Positions 1 to 9,193 of a stretch of 64,000 bases of DNA are shown here, in pieces (positions within the stretch are counted from its first letter, which is position 1; every line of letters begins with the position of its first letter). Both the position numbers and the translations under genes were made by a program. A model generated the notes under the pieces. That model was not told where the DNA came from. It did not search any database and saw only the letters and a list, made by a program, of their open reading frames with translations. Source of the DNA: Candidatus Bathyarchaeota archaeon (GTDB taxonomy: Archaea; Thermoproteota; Bathyarchaeia; Bathyarchaeales; Bathycorpusculaceae); assembly GCA_963775895.1 (NCBI GenBank), contig CAVZKL010000012.1, positions 11,742 through 75,741 on the forward strand. The letters are read 5' to 3'.

Positions 1-214
1 CAAGCAGTCCGATCTCGTCCATGTGTGCAGCGAGCATCAGTTTTGGAGAGTTTTTCTTTCCTTCCTTGAGAGCTATGATGTTTCCGAGTTTGTCCTCTTT
101 GACTTCATCTGCGTATGGTTTCAGAAACCGGGTCATCAGACTTTTTATTTCTTCTTCTCTGCCAGTAACGCCGCACGCGTTCGACAGTTTTTCCAGATTT
201 TCAACAAGGGTCAT
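1..214 (-). CDS. M42 family (TET-like) aminopeptidase, N-terminal part, runs off the window
   Basis: Manual translation MTLVENLEKLSNACGVTGREEEIKSLM...DKLGNIIALKEG...KLMLAAHMDEIGLL; GVxGxE, DxxGN and AHMDEIG are M42 hallmarks. Not in the ORF track. Confidence 0.88.
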   Translation of the reverse strand, partial: MTLVENLEKLSNACGVTGREEEIKSLMTRFLKPYADEVKEDKLGNIIALKEGKKNSPKLMLAAHMDEIGLL

Positions 215-372
215 CTTGAGTCCTCTTGGAGCTAACAAGTCTCTTTTGTTGCATATTAAACAATTGTGGTAAAAACCAAGGAGAGAGAAGCCAACGGCAT
301 GAAAAAGCCAGGAGTTGGAACATCGGCAGCAAAGGCTTTTGTGTAAACTCCTCGAATAAAGATCGGGATTCG

Positions 373-1101
373 ATGCGCAAGAGCCTCAAGATAAGTTTGA
401 TCGCGGTTTTTGGAGCCCTTCACGCAGTTCTGTACTTTTTGTCCTTCGGGCTGGGTTGGCGAAACTGGGCTATCTACATTGAAGCGATTGAAGGAATAAC
501 GTTGGGTCCGCAAGCTGGCTTCGCAGCCGCCTTGATCGGTAGTTCAATAGCCAGAATGGTGAAGTTTGATCCGCTTTGGATGTTTGGAATAGTGGCCGAA
601 CCCGTCAGTGTTCTGCTTGCCGGGTTTCTGTCCCAAGGAAAATGGAAACCGGCCGCGTTGGCGTATACGGGCATGCTGTTGGCTTATTTTGCACACCCGT
701 TCGGAAGGATGCTACCTCTTTGGACCATTCTGGACATACTGTTCGCATTCATTATCATTTACCCAGCTGCCAAGCTCAGCGACAGATTGTACGGAACCAG
801 CTTGAAGCAGATGTCACTTTCTCTAGTTCTGATTTCGTTCGTGTGCACAGCGACAGATTCGCTCGTCAGAGTCTTCCTGTTAATCCCGGGCGGTCTTCAC
901 GTCATGTTTTCCGATTTTTCAACCTTTCAGAATCTCCAGAATATATTCGAAGTTGCCGCTTTGTCCTCCTACATCGAAGATGCCTTGGTTGTTGTGGTAG
1001 CGTTGGTGGTCGGTGTTCCATTGTTGATTGCTCTGTCAAAGCTCGGTTTTTTCCAGAAAGTGAAACATGAAGATAGACCCGAGGACGCATTTTCGTCTTA
1101 G
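373..1101 (+). CDS. Multi-pass membrane protein resembling an ECF transporter S-component
   Basis: About 7 hydrophobic segments; GITLGPQAGFAAALIG resembles the S-component GxxxGPxxG motif; likely start ATG 373 (MRKSLK). Confidence 0.55.
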   Translation: MRKSLKISLIAVFGALHAVLYFLSFGLGWRNWAIYIEAIEGITLGPQAGFAAALIGSSIARMVKFDPLWMFGIVAEPVSVLLAGFLSQGKWKPAALAYTGMLLAYFAHPFGRMLPLWTILDILFAFIIIYPAAKLSDRLYGTSLKQMSLSLVLISFVCTATDSLVRVFLLIPGGLHVMFSDFSTFQNLQNIFEVAALSSYIEDALVVVVALVVGVPLLIALSKLGFFQKVKHEDRPEDAFSS

Positions 1102-1177
1102 TGAAGCCTGAATCATGACGTGAGAAAGGCAAGTCATAAATCATGTTAACATATAAAGAATAAGACAAGGGATAAGA

Positions 1178-2140
1178 ATGCCCGAGCAACAGTACAAAAC
1201 AGTTTTCGTTTTCTTGGATACGGACAAACACGCAAGCCCTTTTGACATACTGATGGCTATGGACAGTTTTCCCGATGCGGAAATGTTGAAGTACGAGGAC
1301 GTTACCGTCGAAGACGCCGAGAAAATAGTCTATGACACGGTGTTTCCCCGAGGACCCGAAGGTGCAAAGCACACGAAAATATTCATCAACGGACGAGACT
1401 TCAAGAGAGCAAACGAGATTCTCGAAAAAACAAAAAGCAGCATGGTACCCCCATTCGAAGTTTCTGTGATAATCGACCCGAGAGGCGCCTACACAACCGC
1501 TACGGCCGCCGTCGCCAAAACATTCGAACTCTCCGTTGCCAAGGGACTGGGAACGTTCGAGAACAAGATCGTGACCGTGCTTGCGGGAACAGGGCCCGTC
1601 GGACAGACGGCTGCAAGACTCTACGCAAGCGAAAAAGCAGAGGTCATTCTTACTTCGCGCTCTCTTCAAAAAGTGTCCTCTATCGTCACTAGAATAAACG
1701 AGGAATTTGACACTGAAAGAGTTCGAGGCGTTGAAGCCCAAACTCCCGAGGATATTGGATACGCCATCAAGAACGCAGACATCGTCCTTTCTGCCGGGGC
1801 GGCGGCGACAGAACTCTTGCCATTGCAAGTGTTGAAGGACTTCGGCAAAAAATGCAGGATAGTTGCAGATATTAACGCAATTCCACCTTTGGGGGTGGAA
1901 GGATTAGATCCAGACACTTATGGCAAAGAGGTCGTGCCCAACGTCTCAGGTATAGGCGCATTGGTCATTGGAAAACTCAAACACAAGGTCGAAGTGGGAC
2001 TCATCAAGAAGGCTGTTGAAGAACCGAAAGGAGTCTTCGACTATAGAATTGCGTACGAGATAGCTAAGAAAACCGTTACTGCACAGAAAGAAGAAAAGCA
2101 GGCAAAGTTGCCTGAGTCGCAGAAGAATTGGCTGCCTTAA
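1178..2140 (+). CDS. mtd: NAD(P)-dependent methylene-tetrahydromethanopterin/tetrahydrofolate dehydrogenase (MtdA/MtdB/MtdC family)
   Basis: DTDKHASPFD, FPRG, VPPF, DPRGAYTTATAAVA, Rossmann VLAGTGPVG, ADINAIPPLGVEG and GIGALVIGKLK match Methylobacterium MtdA/MtdB motifs. Confidence 0.88.
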   Translation: MPEQQYKTVFVFLDTDKHASPFDILMAMDSFPDAEMLKYEDVTVEDAEKIVYDTVFPRGPEGAKHTKIFINGRDFKRANEILEKTKSSMVPPFEVSVIIDPRGAYTTATAAVAKTFELSVAKGLGTFENKIVTVLAGTGPVGQTAARLYASEKAEVILTSRSLQKVSSIVTRINEEFDTERVRGVEAQTPEDIGYAIKNADIVLSAGAAATELLPLQVLKDFGKKCRIVADINAIPPLGVEGLDPDTYGKEVVPNVSGIGALVIGKLKHKVEVGLIKKAVEEPKGVFDYRIAYEIAKKTVTAQKEEKQAKLPESQKNWLP

Positions 2141-2562
2141 ACGATGGCTCTCCTGATCTTTGAGGCTATTTTTTCCAAATCTTGCTTTTCAGGTCTTACA
2201 TTGTACTGACGTCCGAAACGGATTCCGAAGCCGTCACCCTTGAACCTGGGAATTACGTGCAAGTGGACGTGAAAGACTTCCTGAAACGCAGCCTCACCGT
2301 CTGACAGAAGCAGATTCACTCCTTCACACTTGACGCCAGACTCTTTCAAAGCCTCGGCTACTCGCATGGCGATTTTGAACATGTGGCCACCGGTGTCTCC
2401 ATCAAGATCAGACAAACGCGCCGCATGAGCTCTCGGAACAACCAGAACATGCCCCGGGTTGACGGGCTGAATATCCATGAATGCCAGAACCTTCTCATCG
2501 GAGTAGACCAGACTCGCAGCTGCTTGCCCTTTTACGATCTTGCAGAAAACGTCATCTTCCAT
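2137..2562 (-). CDS. HIT family nucleotide hydrolase
   Basis: FCKIV, DIQPVNPGHVLVVP, histidine triad HVHLHVIPR. Confidence 0.93.
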   Translation of the reverse strand: MEDDVFCKIVKGQAAASLVYSDEKVLAFMDIQPVNPGHVLVVPRAHAARLSDLDGDTGGHMFKIAMRVAEALKESGVKCEGVNLLLSDGEAAFQEVFHVHLHVIPRFKGDGFGIRFGRQYNVRPEKQDLEKIASKIRRAIV

Positions 2563-2599
2563 CCGAAAATCACTCCAACATACCCTACGGCTCTAAACA

Positions 2600-2896
2600 T
2601 CAATCCGCGGGATGCTCGGGGTTGAACCGTTCCAGAGCATGTTCAAAAGCCGAGACCCAGACCCCCAGTTCACGCTTGCTTTCAACCGCGACGACTCTTC
2701 CCCTGTGATCAACCATCATTTGAACAACGTTCTTCAGAACTATCATAGGCCTGTCAACAACTCTGCCGTCATCGTCCTTGCGAGGAACCATGATGACGAC
2801 GGCGTCGTCAGCCTTCAGAAAAGTGTTCCCGTCCAAAAAGAAACCGCTTAAATAGCAACTTTTCAGTTTCTCCTTCAATCGCCGCAGTTCACTCAT
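2600..2896 (-). CDS. Hypothetical protein
   Basis: 98-aa ATG ORF with normal composition, co-oriented upstream of the HIT gene. Confidence 0.55.
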   Translation of the reverse strand: MSELRRLKEKLKSCYLSGFFLDGNTFLKADDAVVIMVPRKDDDGRVVDRPMIVLKNVVQMMVDHRGRVVAVESKRELGVWVSAFEHALERFNPEHPAD

Positions 2897-3066
2897 AGCC
2901 CGAACCCTCTAGACGTCTGATGATCGAAAAGACTCTTAAGGTTTTGATAATCCAAACGAGCAAAACGCGTCCAGTACAAAGCTCCGTTTGTTAGCATTTG
3001 TTTAACCAACGCTTAAATCGCCAAACTGCCCTCAGAGATGCCAAACACGCGCAGGGAAAACTCGGA

Positions 3067-3387
3067 ATGAGCGTCGAGAGAAAAATTGTCTCTTACTTAG
3101 AAACGTATGGAAACACCAAAGAAAACGATCTGGTGAGCTACGGTGCTCAGCATCTTGGATTGTCACCTGAGAAAATGAAGAAAATCTTGGACCGTATGGC
3201 AATCAAAGACAGGATCCACCGCATCGTTCACGATAAGCTCAAGCCAGCCGAGGTTTACGTAACACTTGAAGAACCTCTGCCACCTGAAGCACGGATTGAG
3301 GGACAGGTTTCGCACAACGAGGTTGAAAGAATTCTGGAAGAGGCCGCCTTTCTGGCAAGACAAGCAACTAGAGATAATGTCCGATAA
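3067..3387 (+). CDS. Small winged-helix-like protein
   Basis: ERKIVSYLETYG...DLVSY...GLSPEKMKKILDRM...RIHRIV...VYVTL fits three helices plus a beta wing; start chosen at ATG 3067. Confidence 0.55.
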   Translation: MSVERKIVSYLETYGNTKENDLVSYGAQHLGLSPEKMKKILDRMAIKDRIHRIVHDKLKPAEVYVTLEEPLPPEARIEGQVSHNEVERILEEAAFLARQATRDNVR

Positions 3388-3626
3388 TACGCGCTGAGAA
3401 TAGATTAGAAAGATCCTGGCAACGGTGGTGACGTCTCCACTTTCTTCTGCGCAATTCCTCTTTTTTGCGCGTGCGCTTTCTTGGGTTATTAAATGGCTCA
3501 ACCTTGTTAAGATTTTGAGTTGCGCGCGCTTCGGGCTTAAGCAGTCTTGCCTCAAGCAACCATTTTCCTGAGGGGTCAAGTCCCTTGAGTTTCTAAGGAA
3601 CTTCTCCGCGCGCTAGGCGCTCAGGA

Positions 3627-3893
3627 GCCTTGCGGCCTTGAGCTTTGAATAACGGTCAAGGCTCTCCACGATATAGAGACACTTCTGCGCTGTCTTCCCA
3701 TTGTCTACCGTGCCGCCTGCACATAGAAAGAGAGGTTGAGTCTTGGGTCAAGGCTTCAAGGCTTTTTGGGCCACTTCGAACCTTTGGAATCATCAAAAAA
3801 CGGCGTTTCAAGGGTGAGTCAAGGCTTCTTAGGTGAGGTCTCGGCAAGGCTTCAAGGCCAACCTTTTCAAGGCCTACAAGGCACAGTCAAGGC
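3627..3893. repeat. Array of short (T)CAAGGC repeats in a non-coding gap
   Basis: CAAGGC at 3657, 3749, 3757, 3820, 3845, 3853, 3868, 3877 and 3888, CAAGGG at 3809, and inverted GCCTTG at 3627 and 3635. Confidence 0.8.
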
Positions 3894-3957
3894 TTAGGGC
3901 GATAGGTTCGAGACATTGGCGCACGCGCTGACTCCGTTGGATCTTCGCTAGTAGCGC

Positions 3958-5169
3958 CTAGATTGAGGGTTTCATAGAGAGCTTGGGATGACGACTTTTC
4001 ATTTTGAGGCAATCGACTATGGCTAGTGTGCAGATTATTACGCTGATAACCGCTACAGCAATTGTCCACATGAAGGGAAGGGTAATTGCCACTATGCCGC
4101 CTGAATAGAGTCCAAAGTATGGATCGTGAATCAAGGTCTGATTGACAGGTGGGTAGCTTAATCCTATTTCCAGCCATATCCCCCTGCCCTCTTCATAATA
4201 GTAATATGAACGGGCAGGACCGACCGAACCATTTACGTAAATGTTTGGATTGCCGTCTATCGTTGTTTTTCCTCCGAAATCAAAGAAACCTCGTTCCTTC
4301 CCATCAACTTTGAAGACAGCAAGGTTTGAGGTTGCAGGATAGGCGTGATCGATGGTGTCATAGGCTAACTCTTTATCATCGAAGGCTACGGTGACGTTTC
4401 CCGGCTCCAAAGATACGTATCGTACTCCATAGCTCATGAAAACACGTGAAGAAGCATTATACGACCCAGCGAATTCATTTTCACTGTCTCTGAAGTTCTG
4501 GATTACTATGTCCATTTTCAACGTACCATTCAAAGCGTAATAATGAAAGTTCTCCGTGACTATGGGAAATCTTTCCAACTCAGTCACACCCGATGCCATA
4601 GGAAAGGCCACTTCAACAACAGACCACTCGCATACGGGGACTCCATCCGGGTTCTCCGTAACAGTCACATTGGTTATTTCAATGGCATCATGGATCTTGT
4701 AGCCAACGATTATGATGTCTGGACCAGTGCCCAGCTGCGCCGTGTTGTTAGGGTCATCGGGAATATTGTTTCCATTCATGTCGATATAGTCCAGTAACAT
4801 TACGGGGAAATAGTATTCCATCTTGTATCCTGTTTTCTTGTCTGTGAAGGCAACACTATCCAAATCCCTGAGGGATATCAGGGTGCCATGATACATTACG
4901 AAACCTGCATCACTCCATTCGGAAGTGAAGGAAAACGCACCATACTGAGAATCACTATCAATCGTAAATGACGAATTTGTGTAGGAAACAGAAATGTTGC
5001 CGTCAGAAGAAGAAAGATTGCCATTGGCTAATAAGACGTGATTAATATTTCTTGCTCCCCGCGATATTTCAGCCCTAAAGGGGATAAAGGAAACTGCAAC
5101 AAAGAGGGCACAGAGAAACATCGCCTCTAAGAACACTTTTCTTTTCATCATCTTGTCCCCAATGTCCAA
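3958..5169 (-). CDS. Secreted, C-terminally membrane-anchored beta-rich protein
   Basis: N-terminal KRK plus hydrophobic signal; many N-x-S/T sequons; DMNGNNIPD Ca-binding-like loop; LIHDPYFG before a C-terminal TM helix and basic tail. Confidence 0.75.
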   Translation of the reverse strand: MDIGDKMMKRKVFLEAMFLCALFVAVSFIPFRAEISRGARNINHVLLANGNLSSSDGNISVSYTNSSFTIDSDSQYGAFSFTSEWSDAGFVMYHGTLISLRDLDSVAFTDKKTGYKMEYYFPVMLLDYIDMNGNNIPDDPNNTAQLGTGPDIIIVGYKIHDAIEITNVTVTENPDGVPVCEWSVVEVAFPMASGVTELERFPIVTENFHYYALNGTLKMDIVIQNFRDSENEFAGSYNASSRVFMSYGVRYVSLEPGNVTVAFDDKELAYDTIDHAYPATSNLAVFKVDGKERGFFDFGGKTTIDGNPNIYVNGSVGPARSYYYYEEGRGIWLEIGLSYPPVNQTLIHDPYFGLYSGGIVAITLPFMWTIAVAVISVIICTLAIVDCLKMKSRHPKLSMKPSI

Positions 5170-5242
5170 CGTTGGTTTCCACTTATTTTAAACGATGCAT
5201 TTGTACACGCTGTACGGTAGAATCGTACGCTTATTCGGGGAA

Positions 5243-5710
5243 TCATAGGAAAGAAGGCTTCCGTTTCCAGAGTATAATGGTTTCATACCAGAAAAGCAGA
5301 CTTCCGGCTACTGCAGGAAGCAGAGCAATGACCATGACAAGATTCATCAGACCAGAGAAGAAGAGAAGAAAGAATACAACATAGCAACTGGCTGCAACAG
5401 CATAAAAAAGCTGCCGGGGAACCACGTATCCCTTGACTATTATGAAATCTCTGAACGGGCCGACCCCAAAACGTCTTATGACGCGGTAGCCGCCCATGTT
5501 GTTCTTATCTATGAGGCCAAGATGCATTAGCTTGTCAAGATGGTAGGTTGCTGAGCTTGGGCTTGAAAACTTGAGTGCCCTCATGATTTCTCTGGCGCCT
5601 GCCGAGCCATCGCCTTTCTTGAGCAGGTACCAATAGACAAGCGCAGTACTGCCTGTTAGTTCCGCGACTATTTTCCTCTCGTCGACACCCAAGCCTGCTC
5701 CCCTTAACAT
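5243..5710 (-). CDS. Membrane-tethered winged-helix transcription regulator
   Basis: VYWYLLK...GAREIMRALKFSSPSSATYHLDKLMHLGLIDKNNMGGY followed by two TM helices; start ATG 5710 or TTG 5692. Confidence 0.8.
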   Translation of the reverse strand: MLRGAGLGVDERKIVAELTGSTALVYWYLLKKGDGSAGAREIMRALKFSSPSSATYHLDKLMHLGLIDKNNMGGYRVIRRFGVGPFRDFIIVKGYVVPRQLFYAVAASCYVVFFLLFFSGLMNLVMVIALLPAVAGSLLFWYETIILWKRKPSFL

Positions 5711-6024
5711 GACATAACTTCCAATCACGGCATATTTAACACGATACGTTAGTACAACCTGTACGGCAGAACCGTACACGTCCATTTTCCTATGGGAATC
5801 AGCTCCTCTTTGCTGGAGGTAGCAGAACCCAAAGCTCCAATGCACTCTTCTCTAGCTTCAGTGCTTCTTACGCGCGCGCTCCAAGCGTTCAGGAATTGAC
5901 TGTATTCTGTAAGCGGATTGCCAAGTGTCGCTGTTACCCTTTCGTCCCAAAAGTTCTTGTCCGCGTGCGCTGCGTACACACTATAAGAAGAGTCTGTATT
6001 AATGACCGAAGGGGGTGACAAAGC

Positions 6025-6354
6025 ATGATTGAAAAGCTGTACCACATCACTTTTCCAGTTTCAGATCTTAAAAGGGCCGTTACCTTCTACGAAAACGTTC
6101 TCGGTCTTAAGAAGACTGGCGAATGGCCCAACTATGCAACCTTTGATGTTGGAGGAGTACAGTTTGGTCTTGAACCATCAAAGAGGTTTGAAATCTTTCT
6201 ACTTGTGGACGATGTTGACAAGGCATATCGGGATCTTAAGACGGAAGGTGTCGAGTTTACAACTGAACCAAAAGACCAGCACTGGGGCGCTCGAACCGCA
6301 ACACTCATGGACCCTGATGGAAACAAGTTCACCATAGAAACTTTCAAAAAGTAG
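6025..6354 (+). CDS. VOC/glyoxalase/bleomycin-resistance family protein
   Basis: HITFPVSDL...FYENVLG, VDDVD, WGARTA..DPDGN; GGGGTGA RBS upstream. Confidence 0.92.
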   Translation: MIEKLYHITFPVSDLKRAVTFYENVLGLKKTGEWPNYATFDVGGVQFGLEPSKRFEIFLLVDDVDKAYRDLKTEGVEFTTEPKDQHWGARTATLMDPDGNKFTIETFKK

Positions 6355-6692
6355 TCCTCGCCAGTTCCTGTGCTTGTTGCGTTGTGACCTGTGCTTAGTA
6401 CGTTGACGTAAACCCAGTAGTATTCCTTTGATCCTTTGTATTGGTTGATGTAGTAGGGCTTACCCAGATGAAGACTAATTGTCCCGTTGACGTTTGTGTG
6501 AAATGTGCGGTCGTTGCAAGGTAACTGTGTTGTTTCGCCTTCAAACGTGTGTTTCAAAACGACTTCAGCATCTGCAAGGAACTCCCCCTTTTCTGTGATT
6601 CTGATTATTATCGTGTCCGTGTTGACGTATTGCTGCGTTAATTCGATGAAACCATTTTCTGTGTAAGCAGCGACATAGGACAGCGAGCCCAA
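6355..6692 (-). pseudogene. Fragment of an extracellular beta-sandwich protein
   Basis: ELTQQYVNTDTIIIRITEKGEFLADAEVVL...HTNVNGTISLHLG resembles carboxypeptidase-regulatory-like repeats; no credible start; the ORF reads on antisense into the VOC gene. Confidence 0.4.
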
Positions 6693-6835
6693 CCAAGACG
6701 TTGAAACCTACACGGTTAAAGCTGTGAACACAAGAGAAGAGGCTGAAAAACTTATAGCTTTAGGCTATGAATTTCACTACCGAACAGCAGATGGTGACTT
6801 GACTTGTTCCGAAAAAAGGTGATAGGGCTTGACTG
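6691..6835 (+). mobile_element. Probable C-terminal remnant of a tyrosine recombinase/integrase
   Basis: Translates NQDVETYTVKAVNTREEAEKLIALGYEFHYRTADG, then after a frameshift LFRKKVIGLD*. This resembles the tail I recall from Bathyarchaeia integrases; no start codon or catalytic domain upstream. Confidence 0.5.
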
Positions 6836-7851
6836 AAGGCTTGGCTACACAACCTTTCAAATCTACCAATGAGGAAGCAAAAGAACAAAACTCGTTCTAT
6901 TTCAACAGGGATACTGGACAATTCACTTGGGAGAAACCAAAGCCAGAGTTTCAGAACACATTCTGTGAGATTCAGAACACTTTTGCCGAAATGTTCCCGA
7001 TGTGGGTTGGACGAGTTCTAATTACCGCAGATAACGAGAAGTGGGCTGTGACCGCCGCGAGCACAGCAACTGGTTTGGCGACGAGCGTAATAATGTCTCC
7101 GGCCGAGGCGGCGATTGAAGCAATGGTTTCCTCCGACAAGACTCCGGACAATCGTCCAGGCGTGTTGATTCAGATATACAATCGCAACAGGTTTGAACTC
7201 ATGGGACAAATGATACTGCGCATAGGCCAGTGTGTTATGACGTGCCCCACGACGGCTGCTTTTGACGCATTGCCAGATGCCAAGAGAAAGTTGAAGGTGG
7301 GCAGGAGCATACGTCTGTTCGGAGATGGGTTCCAGAGAAAACGTCTCGTCGGAGAGAGAAAAGTTTGGAAGATTCCCGTGATGGAGGGTGATTTCGTCGT
7401 CGAAGACAAGTTCGGCGCAGCGGAAGCGATCGCTGGTGGAAATTTCCTCATACTAGCGAAAGACAAGAAGACAGGGTTACAGGCTGCCGAGGATGCGGCC
7501 ACCGCGATTAAGGCAACGAGAGCGGAGGTCATCTTGCCGTTTCCAGGAGGGATATGCCGTTCAGGTTCCAAAGCTGGATCATTGAAGTACAAGCTTAAAG
7601 CATCAACGTATCACCAGTTCTGCCCGAAACTGAGAACGCTCGTGGCTGACACTCAGGTACCTGAAGACGTGGAATGCGTCTACGAAATTGTGATTAACGG
7701 TTTGACGTTGGAAGCCGTCAAGACAGCGATGCGCGCAGGCGTCAAAGCCGCCGCAAACGTCCAAGGAGTTGTGAAGATTTCGGCAGGAAATTATGGTGGC
7801 AAACTTGGTCCGTACAAGGCCTTCTTGAAAGAAGCCCTAGACGCAGCGTGA
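6829..7851 (+). CDS. ftr: Formylmethanofuran:H4MPT formyltransferase
   Basis: NTFAEMF, TPDNRPG, RIGQCVMTCPTTAAFD, FGDGFQ, IPVMEG, GGNF, FPGGICRSGSK, SAGNYGGKLGP; start uncertain (TTG 6829 or 6841). Confidence 0.95.
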   Translation: MTEGLATQPFKSTNEEAKEQNSFYFNRDTGQFTWEKPKPEFQNTFCEIQNTFAEMFPMWVGRVLITADNEKWAVTAASTATGLATSVIMSPAEAAIEAMVSSDKTPDNRPGVLIQIYNRNRFELMGQMILRIGQCVMTCPTTAAFDALPDAKRKLKVGRSIRLFGDGFQRKRLVGERKVWKIPVMEGDFVVEDKFGAAEAIAGGNFLILAKDKKTGLQAAEDAATAIKATRAEVILPFPGGICRSGSKAGSLKYKLKASTYHQFCPKLRTLVADTQVPEDVECVYEIVINGLTLEAVKTAMRAGVKAAANVQGVVKISAGNYGGKLGPYKAFLKEALDAA

Positions 7852-7923
7852 TGTTTTCTCCCAAAATCTTATTTGATTCCTCTCAGACTTAGCTTTGAAA
7901 CGGAAAAGCGTTCGTGAGAAAAG

Positions 7924-9189
7924 TTGAGCACGTCGAAGAAGACTTCTCTTGAACTCTTTAGGCTGAAAAAGACACTGATGACGCTGGCAGATAAAGAAGG
8001 GCGTGGAACCGAGCTTGTTTCGCTCTACGTTCCCCCTGGAAAACAGATAAGTGACGTCATCAACACGCTCAGAGACGAGTATGGAACCGCGTCCAACATA
8101 AAATCCACGACCACACGAAAAAACGTAATGGACGCCATCGTCAAAGTTCAGCAACGCCTCAAACTCTTCAAGGAACCCCCTGAAAACGGACTGGTCATCT
8201 TCTGTGGAGCCATCGCTCAAAACGGGGCTGGAAGCGAGAGAATAGAAACATACGTCATCACCCCTCCAGAACCGATTCACATATACCTCTACAGGTGCGA
8301 CGCACGATTTCACACAGAGTACCTGCAAGAGATGCTGAGAGAAAAGGAGACGTACGGTATTCTGCTCATAGACTCCTCAGCTGCTACCCTTGCCACCCTT
8401 CAAGGCAGAAGACTTGAGATAGTCAGGGAATTGACTTCGGGTGTGCCTGGAAAGACGCGCGCTGGAGGACAGTCGGCGAGAAGGTACGAAAGACTGCGTG
8501 AAATGCGACTTCAGGAATACTTCACGCGCGTGGGTGTACACGCCAATGAGATATTTCTGCCGATTGAAAATCTGAAAGGAATCATACTCGCTGGTCCAGG
8601 TCCGACGAAATATGATTTTGATAAGGGCGAGTACCTGAATTACATGCTGAAGAACAAGATCATAGACACCGTCGACACGGCGTACGTTGAAGAACAGGGC
8701 GTGAAGGAAGTCGTTGAGAAAGCTCCCGAAGTGATGCGAAAGGTGCGCTACATTGAAGAGAAGAAGATAATGCAGCAGTTTCTTTACGAGGTTGGACACG
8801 ACACGGGCAAGATAACCTATGGTGAAGAGCAAGTGAGAAGAGCCCTAGAAAGCGGCGCCGTAAACACACTGCTCTTGTCCGAAGGATTGGAGATGACACG
8901 AGTCACCGTGAAATGCAGCGCCTGCAACTACCAAGAACAGCACACGGTGAAGAATAAGGCGCTACAGGAGTTTGAACAGAGTCTCGCCGGAAAACCATGT
9001 TCGAAGTGCGGTGCAGCGTCCCTTGGCATAATTGAAAAGGAAGATGTCATAGACGATTTCGCCAAACTGGCCGAGTACACGAACACCCAGGTGGAAATCA
9101 TCTCGACCGAAACGGAAGAAGGACAAATGCTCAAAAACTCGTTTGGCGGAGTGGCAGCATTACTGCGCTTCAACGTTCATGAACAATAA
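7924..9189 (+). CDS. prf1: Peptide chain release factor aRF1
   Basis: TASNIKS, YRCD, GGQSARRYERLR, C-terminal zinc-ribbon insert, FGGVAALLRF. Confidence 0.97.
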   Translation: MSTSKKTSLELFRLKKTLMTLADKEGRGTELVSLYVPPGKQISDVINTLRDEYGTASNIKSTTTRKNVMDAIVKVQQRLKLFKEPPENGLVIFCGAIAQNGAGSERIETYVITPPEPIHIYLYRCDARFHTEYLQEMLREKETYGILLIDSSAATLATLQGRRLEIVRELTSGVPGKTRAGGQSARRYERLREMRLQEYFTRVGVHANEIFLPIENLKGIILAGPGPTKYDFDKGEYLNYMLKNKIIDTVDTAYVEEQGVKEVVEKAPEVMRKVRYIEEKKIMQQFLYEVGHDTGKITYGEEQVRRALESGAVNTLLLSEGLEMTRVTVKCSACNYQEQHTVKNKALQEFEQSLAGKPCSKCGAASLGIIEKEDVIDDFAKLAEYTNTQVEIISTETEEGQMLKNSFGGVAALLRFNVHEQ

Positions 9190-9193
9190 GAAG

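Noticed and set aside
902-1828. 308-aa antisense ORF, and similar shadow ORFs such as 50525-51256 and 24992-25417
   Set aside because: They overlap well-supported genes and show no motifs.
3627-3893. CRISPR array
   Set aside because: Repeats are only 6-14 nt with irregular spacing, and no cas genes are present.
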